Assembly (NCBI GenBank): GCA_032718475.1
Contig: JAUCBJ010004747.1
Span: 1 to 54,066, forward strand
Source: Nemertoderma westbladi
Taxonomy: Eukaryota; Animalia; Xenacoelomorpha
Reading direction: 5' to 3'
DNA length: 54,066 nt
The notes below the pieces were generated by a model. It was not told where the DNA came from. It saw nothing but the letters and a program-made list of their open reading frames with translations, and did not search any database. Position 1 is the stretch's first letter. Each line of letters opens with the position of its first letter. Shown here in pieces: positions 12,246 through 25,720 of the stretch. Position numbers and translations under genes: made by a program.

Positions 12246-13230
12246 GTGGGGCGACCACGAAGTAAGGTGACCCTTAGCGTAGGCCTATAACAAAATTTGG
12301 TACACATGTAGTCTGACAAAAATTTAGAAATTTTCCAAGCTGAATTTACGTTTAGCTTCGGGAAGCTAAGATAAAAGCAGTTAATTAGTTAATTGCGGTA
12401 AAAAGCGGCTTGCAGCGTGTCCTTTAATGTAATAACTATTTACATACTTGTGTGTAAAGTAGCACTTTACAGTGTGATGATCCGAGTGACTTTGTTACAC
12501 GAACGAACGTTAGTGAGTGAGTGAAAATAAAGCCACGAGAATCAGAACACTGTAAAGTACTTTGCAACAAGTATGTATGTAGTTTTATTCCAAAATTTTA
12601 ACATTACGAAATGATTGTACATATACATTATAAGTGATAGAAACTGCACGAAGTATATTAGTTGCTGTATAAATAAATGTAAAAATGACATAAATTATGT
12701 TATAAATAAGTTCGCTTATATAATTATTGTGGCGTTTGGAGCCATGTTATAATAATATAGCTAGGCCTTACTGGTTATTAATAGCCCGGTAGGTAATACC
12801 GGTAGGTAATGCAGTAGGCCTATCTGGCTGTCAGGCAAATACCACCTATTGTTTACGTAGTAACCAATGCCGGCGTGTTGTAATGTCCGCGCTAAGGGGA
12901 CATTACTTAACTATTAACACCAAATAGTGTACAATACTACTGTAAATGTATAGGCCAATACAATGCTGTAATGTCCTCAAAAGTTGTAAAGTGCAAAATA
13001 ACAACTCACTGTTAATACTAACGGCATTGAGTAATGTTAAAATTTTGGAATAAATTAATTATTTTCGACTATAAGATTAAATTAATTGTACTTAAAAATT
13101 TTACAGCTGGAATCCTCATACCCTGTTTCATTATATTACTGTATCTATCTATATATATATACATATAATATTGGAAAACTTTTTAGCACAATATTGGCTT
13201 GATTTAATTCACATTTAAAATTATTTATTA
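12246..13230 (-). mobile_element. Diverged copy of the HINE-like family seen at 20169-24108, interrupted by another element
   Basis: 12246-12428 and 13055-~13230 are reverse-complement matches to the family's 3' end (GTGGGGCGA..CACGAAGT, GAAGCTAAGATAA..GCAGTTAATTAGTTAATT). Confidence 0.7.
12431..13054. mobile_element. Unclassified non-autonomous DNA element with a ~160-bp terminal hairpin and an asymmetric inverted repeat
   Basis: 12431-12590 folds back (ACATACTTG..TTTACAGTGT / ACACTGTAAAG..CAAGTATGT); TTTATTCCAAAATTTTAACATTAC near 12583 is inverted at 13031-13054. Confidence 0.6.
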
Positions 13231-13556
13231 CAAAGACGGACTGTGCACGCGTTGGTTGGAAGCAAAGTTCCAAATTTATATTCACACTATATAGGCCTAT
13301 ACATATAGTGAATCATATCAATCCTGGAGCAACATTCATACTCCACGTCATCAGAGCCCTCGACGTGTTTGATAAATACTGTATTGCAGAGGAAACTCCT
13401 CTCTCACATCCACATAGCATTACTTGGCACATTGGAGTATACACAATGGGTAGGATCTGAATATTGCTTCTTTTAACTGCCATGGTATCAACTCTAACCT
13501 GGATTATATTATTACTCATTGATGCCAAACATGGATGTCATTGCGGCTCAAGAAAC

Positions 13557-15655
13557 AACCAACCAAACAACCGAACAACCAACAACCGAAAACATTAACA
13601 AGGTTGAGAAAGCTAAGGACGATCTTAAATTGGCCTACAACATCAGCCAGGAAAAGTACATACAGGATAAAACTGAAGCAATTACAACTGCTCACATACA
13701 GCAACAATCAAGACTTACCTGGCAAACTGTAAATGAGGTATCTGGTCGGAAAAGTTGTGCAAAGGGGCGCCTCAAAGCCGATAGTCCTGAAAAACGTGTT
13801 GGGAAGTGGAAAAATCACTTCAGCAAATTGCTTGGGCAGCCACCAAACATCGAGGTCCGCCTTACAAGGAAAATATATGACAAGACACTACCTATAGAAA
13901 CAGGGGACTTCACACCTGCCGAACTCCAAACCAAAGAAGCATTAAAAGCAGAAATCCCCGCGGAGGTATGGAAAACCGGAGTGCTAAACAGACCATTATT
14001 GAATGTTTGCAACCGGATGTTAAAAGGAGAAAAGCCACCACCAATTTGGACTAAAGGTCAACTAAAGCCTCTCCCCAAGAAAGGAGACCTCGGCATACCA
14101 ACAAACTATCGTGGGATCTGTCTGCTTGTGGTAGCTGCCAAAATATACAATAAAATGATTCTATATAGGATTAGGCCTCACATAGAGAAACTACTGCGTA
14201 AGAGCCAAAACGGATTTCGACCAAGTAGATCAACAATAGCTCAGATACTTGCACTACGGAGAATGATTGAAGGAATTAAGTCAAAGAATCTCCCGCTGTC
14301 ATGACTTTTGTGGACTTCAAGAAGGCATTCGACTCCATCCATAGAGGTAAAATGCTTGAAATCCTAAGAGCTTATGGAATACCAGAAGTAATTGTTGCTG
14401 ACTTTGGATTGTTATATTGTGACACAGAAGCGCAGGCACTCTCACCAGATGGTGAAACCTTTAAGCAATATTGGGAAGCATGAGGTTGATTACCAATCAA
14501 CCTCGTATCACCCCCAATAAACGGGGACGACAAACCCCAAAGGGCCGCACACAATGGAGGTCAGAGGTTAAACCTCCGGGAGGGGAAAGTAACAGCAGTG
14601 GGGGGGGGGGGGGGGGGGGAAACACTCCCACAGAGTTGAGGGCGAGAATTGGGTTACTGGCCAATGGGGAGCCAGAGTAGCGCATCCGCTGAGTAATAGG
14701 GCCAACCTAGTGTAGTATATTACCGGTTGGTATTCCATTTCCCATTTAGTTTACTCAGTAGTTTGCTCAGTCACTTAGGGCAGAACGGTGACACTTTAAG
14801 ACCGTCACCGCCGTCACCAATACACATTATCATTACCGGTATACTGTGCTGTCATTACTCTGTCTATCTTATTAACATACATATATATTACCGTCCAAGT
14901 TTATTAACAACACTGGAACAACAAACTCTCTTTTTCCATCACACGGTGCGGTTGACGCGTACATAAACCAAACTGGTCGGGATCCTCTGATCCCGTCACA
15001 GATTGCATATAAATGCTACAAAGACCGAATTCATGACCTTTAATGTTGATGGAAACTTGACAACCATTGATAATAATCAACTAAGGAAGGTCGATGACTT
15101 CCAGTACCTTGGATCATGGATAGAGAGTAGCAAAAGGGACATAGAAGTTAGGAAAGCAAAGGCTTGGGTAGCTCTATCAAAAATGGATACCATCTGGAAA
15201 TCAGATCTCTCTAGGCACCGGAAGACTACGTTCTTTCGAGCCACAGTGGAAAGTGTATTTTTATATGGGGGTGAGACCTGGACACTGACTAAATCACTTG
15301 AACAACGAATTGATGGTTGCTACACAAGACTACTAAGGGCAGCCCTAAACATCAGCTGGAGACAACACATGACAAACGCCGAGCTTTATGGTACAATACC
15401 ACCTGTATCAACCACCCTCCGTGAACGCAGATTAAAGCTGGCGAAGTAAAGACGAGGTCATATCAGATCTACTTTTCTGGCAACCAGCTCATGGAAAGCG
15501 TAGTCGTGGACGACCGGCCATAACATATATAGATCAACTTGAAAGGGATACTGAACTTAGGAGAAACGAAATTGCGACAACTATGGAGAATCGGGAAGCC
15601 TGGAAGGATCTCATTTCCACTGTCCGAGTTCGCTCGACCTAGTAGTAGTAGTAGT
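13557..15655 (+). mobile_element. 5'-truncated RTE-clade LINE with (TAG)n tail and deleted RT core
   Basis: 26-bp TSD ATGGATGTCATTGCGGCTCAAGAAAC at 13531-13556 and 15656-15681; motifs PKKGDL..NYRGI, QNGFR..RST, FVDFKKAFDSIHR, FQYLGSW, LYGGETWTLT. Confidence 0.92.
14461..15000 (-). mobile_element. Foreign ~540-bp segment replacing the RTE RT core; possibly a partial LTR
   Basis: RTE homology stops at LSPDGET and resumes at GLHINATKT; the segment begins TGTGACGGG on the minus strand and contains AATAAA; no TSD seen. Confidence 0.4.
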
Positions 15656-18600
15656 ATGGATGTCATTGCGGCTCAAGAAACTTGGTTGTACGACATAGAA
15701 AGTCGCTTTCTGTTATGCAAATTAAATATTGACTTCACATGTGTACATGTGTATACTCTGTCTGCACATTAATGGGAAATCCAGAAAGGAAACGCGGAGC
15801 CGGAGTGGTGGCGTTTCGGTACCGTACCAGTAAACTCACCAATATTTTCAAGCTTACAGGTTCAGGGGACGATATAACTGGATTCAAAGCCAATCTCAAG
15901 GGTTATTACTTGCCGTTTCTGCTACGTTTCTCGCTTTGCCCCAGATTCTAGCAAAAACAACACCCACTACGAATCCTTCTAAGGAAGAATGAGTTCTCTT
16001 CTTGCAGATCATACTGACTGTTTACCAATTATCGTGATGGATGCAAATGCGGATATCGGACCCCTTCAGGGGCCACGTTTCTGTCGACCTTCCGCTACAC
16101 AAAGGGGTTCCCGCTTTAATGAGTTTGTTGTTGGTAATCATTTAGTAGCAGTGGACACCCTGGATAAATTTACTGGACCTGCCACAACTTTTGTCGGCGC
16201 CCATGAGACCGGCATTGATCATATAGTAACATCTGAACTGGGTCTTTCGATATTGGGAAAAGGCAGTGTCTTAACACAACACAATCATAATCATGGTACT
16301 ATGTATCTGTCTGACCACCAACCCCTAGTCGCGACTTTTCGTATTCCCCCATCATCGCATACATATGACAACTGTAAGCAGGAACAATGCTCAAAGAAAC
16401 TCACCAGATTCAATTGGAACCGAGCCACACCACTTCATTTTTCTCAGTACCGATATATAGTTTCTGATAAATTCATGAATATACTAAATCCAGACTAAAC
16501 TGATATCCCATGGGATAAAGGTAAACTTAATTTCATTTCAAAGGAACTACAGGATATCATCTTTACATCATCTTTAAAATTCATTCCATTACATAAGACC
16601 GCAAAACAAACAAAAAATATCAGAATCAGGAATGACAGGCTCTTGGTACGCTCAAGAATAAAAAAGAAGCTATGCAAATTCTGGTTAACTAGTGGGAAAG
16701 ATAACAAAAGCAACCTGGGGAAAGCTTTAAAATCTTCAAAACGAAGCCTTCGACAACTCAAAAACTTCCTTGCTAACAACAAAGTCACGGGTGAGGTTCA
16801 AAAAGTCTTAGGGTCCCTTAAGAATGGTAGTAACAATTCTGGTGCAGAATAAACCCAGTTGTCCACAACCCCAGCTCATGACGCACAGTCTGCAATACGA
16901 AATTAATATGAAGGGAAGAGTGAAAACCATCTGCATGATAAACAACTAGAAGAGCAATTGTTTGCAACCTATAGAAACACTGACGCTGCATGTAACCTTA
17001 CCAGCCCACCATTATTCTCAGTAGTCACTGTTAAAGACAAATAATATTGTCTGCCAAAGATATAGCCCCGGATTACAACTCAATGGCTAGGCTACTGAAC
17101 ACATAATATTCTCTGATTCTGATATCATCTGCGGCGAATTAACAAAGATTTTCAACTCATGTATACGACTAAGAATAGTCCCAGAGTTATAGGGCTACAC
17201 ATTAATCAATCTTATGTATAAGGATAAACAACACAACCCACTGCACCCAAATTCATACAGACCCATTGCTTCAATCAGCATCTTCGACAAGATTTTCAAA
17301 GGAGTGATTCTCTCGAGTTTCTTGCTTGCCTTCCTATATCACCTACTCACTCAGGTCACTTACCAACCAAAATATGGCTCTGGTGTGGTATTAGCAGCTC
17401 TTCTAGAAAGTCTCGAAATAGAAAGAATGCGAGATCGAGTAGCTTCCTCTGTAAATTCGAAATTTCTTCGGCCTTCGACAATGTCCAATACCACCTCCTC
17501 TTTGAGAAACTTATCATGTTTATCAATCCTCACATTTGTCTGGTGTTACTCCATTATTTCCGCACAGGCATGTTATTCCTTAAGTTTGGAGACACAGTGG
17601 ATAGCGTTGGGACTAGAATGTTAAAGGGTCTAAAACAAGGTTCCTTGATCTCACCTATCTTATTTGTATTCTACAGCAGTGAAGCTTTGAATAAATTACA
17701 TGATGCTGGATTTGGATAACCACACGCAACTCTGAATTAATATTGTTTGCTATGCGGATGACATACTACCAATGGGCAGGAGTACCACTGAAATCAAGTT
17801 GATGTTAAAGATATTAATAAAGGAGTTGAACAAAATGGGCCTCGATGTTGAAAAGTCAAAGACAGAATGGTCATACTTGCGTGGGCGGGGCTGTGAGAAA
17901 GATCCAATACCATGTTTATTCAATGTAAACGGAACACTCCTCCCATCCACTACCATCTACTCCCATCCGCATATCGTTCCTCGGAGTGAAATTGAATGAA
18001 AAACCTGTAGACTGCCTTAAAAATTGTTTCAGAGTAATCAGCATTCTATCAGAGACATTCCATAGAAAGGGGTGGACATCACGATGGCTGTCACCAACAG
18101 TATTATCAGTTTTTTGGAATTCAATTGCTGTTCCTTCAATAGTTTATAAGGTACGATTCTCAATGGGTGCATTATCTGTCAAAAAAAAATATATATATAT
18201 ACACTCAGAGCACTAGGCCCTAAAATTAGTACAAGCCACTAGGGCCATAAAAAACAACCAAAAACACATAAACACAAAATAAACTAAAACCAAACATACT
18301 ACTGTACAATGCTCAACACACAGACGTGTATCACAACCCCACCCTAAACCTACCCATTCGTACACTAAATGATAGCTAATCTATACCGGACTAATCTACG
18401 GAGAGCATTATCATAATGTACTATAACAAATATTTAATTCGCCGTCACCCACCCCACAATAATTAATTTTTAATTAATTAACACGTATGGCCGGCATACG
18501 GGGTTACAGTGGTTTCTACAACACTGTATAATAGTTATTATTTGAGGCATGGTTGCCATTTCTGGCAGAGCACGGGAATAACGTTGTACTTTCCTATCAG

Positions 18601-18669
18601 TGACTGTAAAAGGCCTAAATATGACGCGATAGCGAATAAATCTTCTACCGCCCTGGTAGCTCAGTGGTC

Positions 18670-20168
18670 TTTGACACTGTTAGCTGACGACACAAACCTC
18701 CTATAAATACACACACCGTATGCCGCAATACAAGTACGCTAATAGATACTGTCAATGACGAACTACAAAGGCATGACTACTGGTTAAAAGACAACAAATT
18801 ATCGCTAAGATTATTTAAAAAAACAGAATACCTATTTTTTTCTAATAAACCAAACATCCTCATAACGAACCTGTCTTTAGACTGGGTAGTTTTTGTCTAA
18901 AGCTGAGGCCGGCAAAAACACGATGGATATATATATTTATATATTTACCTATATCACTACATATGTCACTATGTATGTTCACCAAATGGCTTGAAACCAC
19001 TTGCATGCATTGTAAAATTGTAAACGCAAGTATTTATCAATTGTTGTCTAGTTGTTGAATAAAAAAGTTGGGAACGATTCGAAGTGCGATATTCGAAATA
19101 TTTGCATATTTTCAACATTATTGAACGCGAAATTAAATACCCACAACTCCCTTGCTTGAAATGTTTTTCAGGTGATTGATATTTAGCAATTATTATGAGG
19201 TTACTTACTACTGAAATCTGACAGAATGCCAAACGTATTATTATAGTTCTATCTCTATTCAGCCAGTTAGTGTAATGTCAAGCAGTACATCATTTATATA
19301 TCGTATGTATCTATAGGGCCTAATTGTCATCGTTATAATACTGTCATCAACTTAGGCTAAGCTCAATTGTAATGCAAAGGCTTAGTAGGTTTTGTATATC
19401 TGGGACGTTTACAACAGCTGTCGATTAAACTAACAAAACCATAAAACTGAACCAGGGTGGCTGCCAGCCGGGTACCAACGGCTGTTGGGTAGACTTAAGG
19501 GAACATTTCACAAACTTTCATAGGATGCTTGTACATGTACATTATATTGGTTGCTCCGATGTTTTTATTAGGCTAACTGAGAATGTATCAGGTATAAATA
19601 CTGTAATTATAGTGTTCTTTATTTTATTTATCTAATACAGACAAGACCCCTCCGCAGAATAAACTGCTCTTTTGGGCCGTTTCTCAGGTTGCGGATATGG
19701 ATACCATTTCACAGATCATCGTAGTAATTGTGATTATGATTTGTTTGCCTAGGCGAATGTGTATTACATTAGATGGGAGGCAGTTTTTTGGTTGATGCAA
19801 GTCATTCTTGGTTTGCATCTTCCAATCCCATCTGTTTCTTGGAGTCTGTGTAAGACAGGTTCGTTTAAAGCCATCTTGATGGCGTTCTAGTTTAAAAAAA
19901 CAGAATACCTATTTTTTTCTAATAAACCAAACATCCTCACAGACACAATCGAAATAAATAATACCAATATAAATATCAAAACTGAAACTATATTCCTAGG
20001 TATTTGGATCGATAATAAACTGACGTGGAAAAACCATTGCGCTTATGTTTTAAAATAATTTTCAAAATCATGCGGAATATTTTATAAAATTCGTCACATC
20101 CTACCTCTGAATATATTAAAAATGTTACACTACTCGTTAATCCACCCTTACTTATTATACGGTATAGT
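18670..20168 (+). mobile_element. Degenerate CR1/L2-like LINE RT fragment, interrupted at 18863-19890 and by the HINE-like array; weak homology resumes after 24108
   Basis: LLADDTNL, W-L-K-D-N-K-L-S-L, FLG...KLTWKNHC-like and PYLLYGI-like remnants. Confidence 0.6.
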
Positions 20169-23100
20169 ACACGTTCGTGGGGCCTTCGCGCAGCACGAGG
20201 CCCAGTTATGAGATACAAATTAATATCGAGCGACTGTATCACAAAATCAGTATTTAACTTTATAAATTAGTAAAATTTAGAAATTTAACCACACCGCCAA
20301 TCAATCAAAAAAAGAGGGACAGTACGTGTTCAGCCCTTTAAATCTGCACCCCCACCCCACCCCACCCCCCCCCCCCCCCCCCGCCCCTTCCCACCCACCA
20401 ATACATAACCGCGACATCTACCACCCACGGAAGGTAGCACAAACTTATTTCCAATCGCACGTTCAATATGCGAAGCCAGGTGGTTTATAGGAATATAATC
20501 TACGCAGTACTAAATACAGTCGATGCAGTAATGAATGATATTCAAATAATTTATTTAATATACTGTTAATGCCTCTGAAAACTTAGACAATTAAAATACA
20601 CAAAAATCCCATCAAAAAATAATAAGCATAATATTTTGAGAAATAAACAATTTTGGATATAAGCCTTCTGCAGTGGTAATCTTATTGACTGACAATCATT
20701 AAATGAGATCTGTCTATTACCTGAGACTAAAGAACACAGACTCTATAAAGTGTAATAGGAGGTAGGGAATGCAGGTTTCAATCTCGTTAGGTCTAGCTGG
20801 CAGCCGTGTGGCTAGTTACATACAACCCCCCTCCACTGGCATTCCCAGCAACTGGCTCCCTTACACACACATCCCCCATCTATGTACCAGCCAACTTGCA
20901 AGTTGGCCAATAAATGATCAGTATTTAATGAGAATCAATTTTTTATGCCGTTTTAATTACTTTAGATCAATTAAAGACACAATTATTAAAGCAAATCACT
21001 TGAACTAATTAAAAACTATAATAGAATGGCGTATGTGGATTACATCTGTATAATTTTTAATTATAATTATTTAAATCTTATACTGTAAAACAATTAATTT
21101 CCTTTAAAAGGCAGGTTGAAAATGGTGTTTTCACCGTAATCAACTTAATTAACTAATTAACTGCTATTATCTTAGCTTCTCGAAGGCCACACGGAAATTC
21201 TACTTGGAAAATTTCTAAACTTTTGCCAAACAACATGTGTACCAAGTTTGGATAGATTTCATCAAAGATTGGCCGAGTTATTAACGTTTAAAATTGAACA
21301 CGACAGAACGACAGAACGACACGTTCGTGGGGACTTCGCGCAGCACGAGGCCTAGTTATTATATACAAATTAAAATGCAGCGACTGTATCACAAAATCAG
21401 GTTTTGAGAAATTTACCCACACCACCAATCAATCAAAGAAAGGTGGACAGTACGTGTTCACCCCTTTTAATCTCCCCCCCCCCCCCCACCCTTCCCAACC
21501 ACCAATACATAACCGCGACATCTACCACCCACGGAAGGGTAGCACGAACTTATTTCCAATCGCACGTTAAATATGCAAAGCCAGGTGGTTTATAGGAATA
21601 TAATAAACGCAGTACTCGTTTTCATTATAAGCCTCTTTGCGTTCGTCCTGTTTTGTATTTAAATATATTTCTTAAACGCAAGCTAGGACGATCTTTATAA
21701 TAATAATAACTAGGGATGCGATCAATATGTGAAGCCAGGTGGTTTATATAATAATTTAGTCAACGCAGTACTCGTCTTCATTATATGCCTCGTTGCGCTC
21801 GTCGCTTGTCCTGTTTTGTCATAAAATATTTTTCCTAAACGCAGACTGACGATCTTTATACAGTTATAACTATGCGAAGTTTCGAAACTGTGCGAGTAAC
21901 TGTTGATACATCTATGTGGAGATGTGTGATATGTGGAGATGTGTGATACAACGCCAACGCATCTTATGCCGATGTAGTAATATGGGTATTGAAATAATAT
22001 TAAATCAATGTACACTCTTAAAGCTGCAGCGAAAAAATGTAGCTAATTTCCTAGGTTACATATAAAATAATAATATTATTTTTAAGAACATTAATTTTAC
22101 TACTTTGCAAAAATTCAATTAAAAAATAACCAGACATATACATTGTGGAATAAACTATTTCAGAAGCCTACAACAGCCATGCCATGGATTGTATTTATGT
22201 TATTATATCTGTCATTTAACTGAGATAGCAATAGTAGTAATAGTCGAACGGTTATGCGGCCCGTCCAGCCTATAATAAACACAATTCAGTGATTGGGCTG
22301 GAATAGCAATACTGGTTGCCTCTATTACAATTCCTCTCAGGTTAGTCTACAGCCACAACTCCCAGCAGCTAGCTCCACACCAGCAGAGACTTGACCAATA
22401 ATGGGAAGGATTAAATTTGTACTCAATAATTGTGCGGTTTAATTACGTTTAGATCAATTAAAGACACATTTATTAAAGCAAATCACTTAAACTAATTAAA
22501 AACTATAATAGAATGGCGTATGGGGATTATATCTGTATAATTTTTAAGTATAATTATTTAAATCTTATACTGTAAAACAATTAATTTCCTTTAAAAGGCA
22601 GGTTGAAAATGGCGTTTTCACCGCAATCAACTTAATTAACTAATTAACTGCTATTATCTTAGCTTCTCGAAGGCCACACGGAAATTCTACTTGGAAAATT
22701 TCTAAACTTTTGCCAAACAACATGTGTACCAAGTTTGGATAGATTTCATCAAAGATTGGCCGAGTTATTAACGTTTAAAATTGAACACGACAGAACGACA
22801 GAACGACAGAACGACAGAACGACACGTTCGTGGGGCCTTCGCGCAGCACGAGGCCCAGTTATGAGATACAAATTAATATCGAGCGACTGTATCACAAAAT
22901 CAGTATTTAGCTTTATAAATTAGTAAAATTTAGAAATTTAACCACACCGCCAATCAATCAAAAAAAGAGGGACAGTACGTGTTCAGCCCTTTAAATCTGC
23001 ACCCCCACCCCACCCCACCCCACCCACCCCACCCCCCCCCCCCACCCTTCCCACCCACCAATACATAACCGCGACATCTACCACCCACGGAAGGTAGCAC

Positions 23101-24108
23101 GAACTTATTTCCAATCGCACGTTCAATATGCGAAGCCAGGTGGTTTATAGGAATATAATCTACGCAGTACTAAATACAGTCGATGCAGTAATGAATGATA
23201 TTCAAATAATTTATTTAATATACTGTTAATGCCTCTGAAAACTTAGACAATTAAAATACACAGAAATCCCATCAAAAAATAATAAGCATAATATTTTGAG
23301 AAATAAACAATTTTGGATATAAGCCTTCTGCAGTGGTAATCTTATTGACTGACAATCATTAAATGAGATCTGTCTATTACCTGAGACTAAAGAACACAGA
23401 CTCTATAAGTGTAATAGGAGGTAGGGAATGCAGGTTTCAATCTCGTTAGGTCTAGCTGGCAGCCGTGTGGCTAGTTACATACAACCCCCCTCCACTGGCA
23501 TTCCCAGCAACTGGCTCCCTTACACACACATCCCCCATCTATGTACCAGCCAACTTGCAAGTTGGCCAATAAATGATCAGTATTTAATGAGAATCCATTT
23601 TTTATGCCGTTTTAATTACTTTAGATCAATTAAAGACACAATTATTAAAGCAAATCACTTGAACTAATTAAAAACTATAATAGAATGGCGTATGTGGATT
23701 ACATCTGTATAATTTTTAATTATAATTATTTAAATCTTATACTGTAAAACAATTAATTTCCTTTAAAAGGCAGGTTGAAAATGGTGTTTTCACCGTAATC
23801 AACTTAATTAACTAATTAACTGCTATTATCTTAGCTTCTCGAAGGCCACACGGAAATTCTACTTGGAAAATTTCTAAACTTTTGCCAAACAACATGTGTA
23901 CCAAGTTTGGATAGATTTCATCAAAGATTGGCTGAGTTATTAACGTTTAAAATTGAACACGACAGAACGACAGAACGACAGAACGACAGAACGACAGGTT
24001 GATTAATGGTACCACTACGCTAAGGCTCACTCACTTCGTGGCTCGCCCCACAGGTTGATTAATGGTACCACTACGCTAAGGCTCACTCACTTCGTGGCTC
24101 GCCCCACA
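20169..24108 (+). mobile_element. Array of three Helentron-associated (HINE/DINE-1/pearl-like) units: A 20169-21318, B 21319-22821, A' 22822-23996, followed by two 56-bp 3' termini
   Basis: Each unit starts ACACGTTCGTGGGG(C/A)CTTCGCGCAGCACGAGG and ends in (GACAGAAC)n; A and A' are nearly identical; the terminus ...CTTCGTGGCTCGCCCCACA occurs twice. Confidence 0.8.
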
Positions 24109-25720
24109 CATACTATCCAAGAACTATTTCATTCCACGAACTAGATTATTGTCTACCCAAAACCCACTCAAATACAGCAGAGCTATGATTTGAAACTCAC
24201 TAAAAATAGAACATAAAACAAGTAAATCAAAACATTCACAGGCTATAAAATTAAAACTATCTATGTTGAACAACCTATAGGCTACTTATCAAATTAAATT
24301 ACTAAATTAAAAATTATTAACAATAACAAATACATATAATACAAAATAATAGCTATGGCATTGGTAGTGAAATTTCGTCATCATATTTTCTTCGTTACAT
24401 TCTAATAAATTGTATTTTTTTATAAACAAAAATATTCAGATTGTCAGCTAGACCAAAAATTTATGACCAAAATTTTTTATATACCGAAAGCGCAACAAGT
24501 CACAGGATATACTTTCGGCCTTGATATGTCACCAAACAATTGATTATTCTGTATATCACAACAAACTTTACCGAAAAGGAAAATGAAGGAGCAAAACTAG
24601 CTACGCGACTGCTTTCTTCATTAATTAATGAACCTACTTGTCCCCCAAAAACAAATAAAATTTGCAAATAAACGTTATCTGGTACAGTAAACTAATAATA
24701 AATTCTCACTCATTGTGATGATACTAATATGGAAAAATATACGAGCTCTACGAGCGCATTGATTTGATTACAATGCAGTTGCAATGGAGAAAAAAAAAAT
24801 TATGTTAATTTCAATGTAAAGTGTTTATACTGAGCGAGCGCAGAGCGCAGGTTTACATCAATAATAAATGGCCATAAATAGGCATTAATTAATGGGTAGG
24901 TAGTTATAGGTAACACTTTATGAGTCCACATTAAATTACGTAACTCCCTTTAGGCCAATATTTTGTAATGGTGTGTGTATAATAATAATAATCCTTCCGA
25001 TCCGTTCAGCTGTAGTATCATCAATATATACTGTAGCTAAACCATTGAAGTAAAGGGTGAGCTTCATTCTGTATGAGATAAGAACAAATCAATGAATATT
25101 GATTTGTAGAATATGTTAATGTTCTACAGTACACGCACTTCTACATGTGTCACTGTGACTGTATTAAATACTGTTGGTGTTGGTGGCTGCTACATTACAC
25201 AATAGCTGCTTCATTATAACACAATATTCCAACTCACTAATTCTGTTTGCCGTGTAATAATAAATGAACTTGCTACCTACCTAACCAAACCATCCACCAT
25301 GAAGCACATTACATTCTGTATGAATTTAGAAAATATGTTATATTATTATCTGAAAAAGCTGATTAAAGAGTGAAATGTTGTGTTTCTTAAATAGCGGTTC
25401 TTGAGGCCACACACTGGTCCACACACTTGTCCACTCACTGGTCCACTCACTGGTCCACTCACTATGTCAGACAAAAGACGCATCACACCGCGGTAAATTT
25501 GCTCAAACTGCTATAATTATTTATATTGCGCTTCGAATATTATAGTCCTCCTTCAAATAATATTAAGAAATATATTCCTTGCCGTTTAGATAGTTATTTT
25601 AAAAATGTAGATAATTATTCTTCCCCCAAAAACTCAAGCACCATTTTTATTTGTATCCTGCTCCGCGGGAAAAATAACCCGGAAAATAACTCAAAACTAG
25701 GGTAATAAAATTACATAGAC

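Larger units (their letters stand above)
13455..18180 (+). mobile_element. Old degenerate LINE ORF2 (EN + RT), host of the RTE insertion
   Basis: Fragments across many frameshifts: FNCHG, MDVIAAQETWL, IIVMDANAD, TGIDHI, LSDHQP, NSYRPI, KGLKQGSLISP, CYADDI. Confidence 0.8.

Noticed and set aside
20769-23667. Duplicated 79-aa ORF (MQVSISLG...)
   Set aside because: Lies in the near-identical repeat units A and A', with no coding signature.
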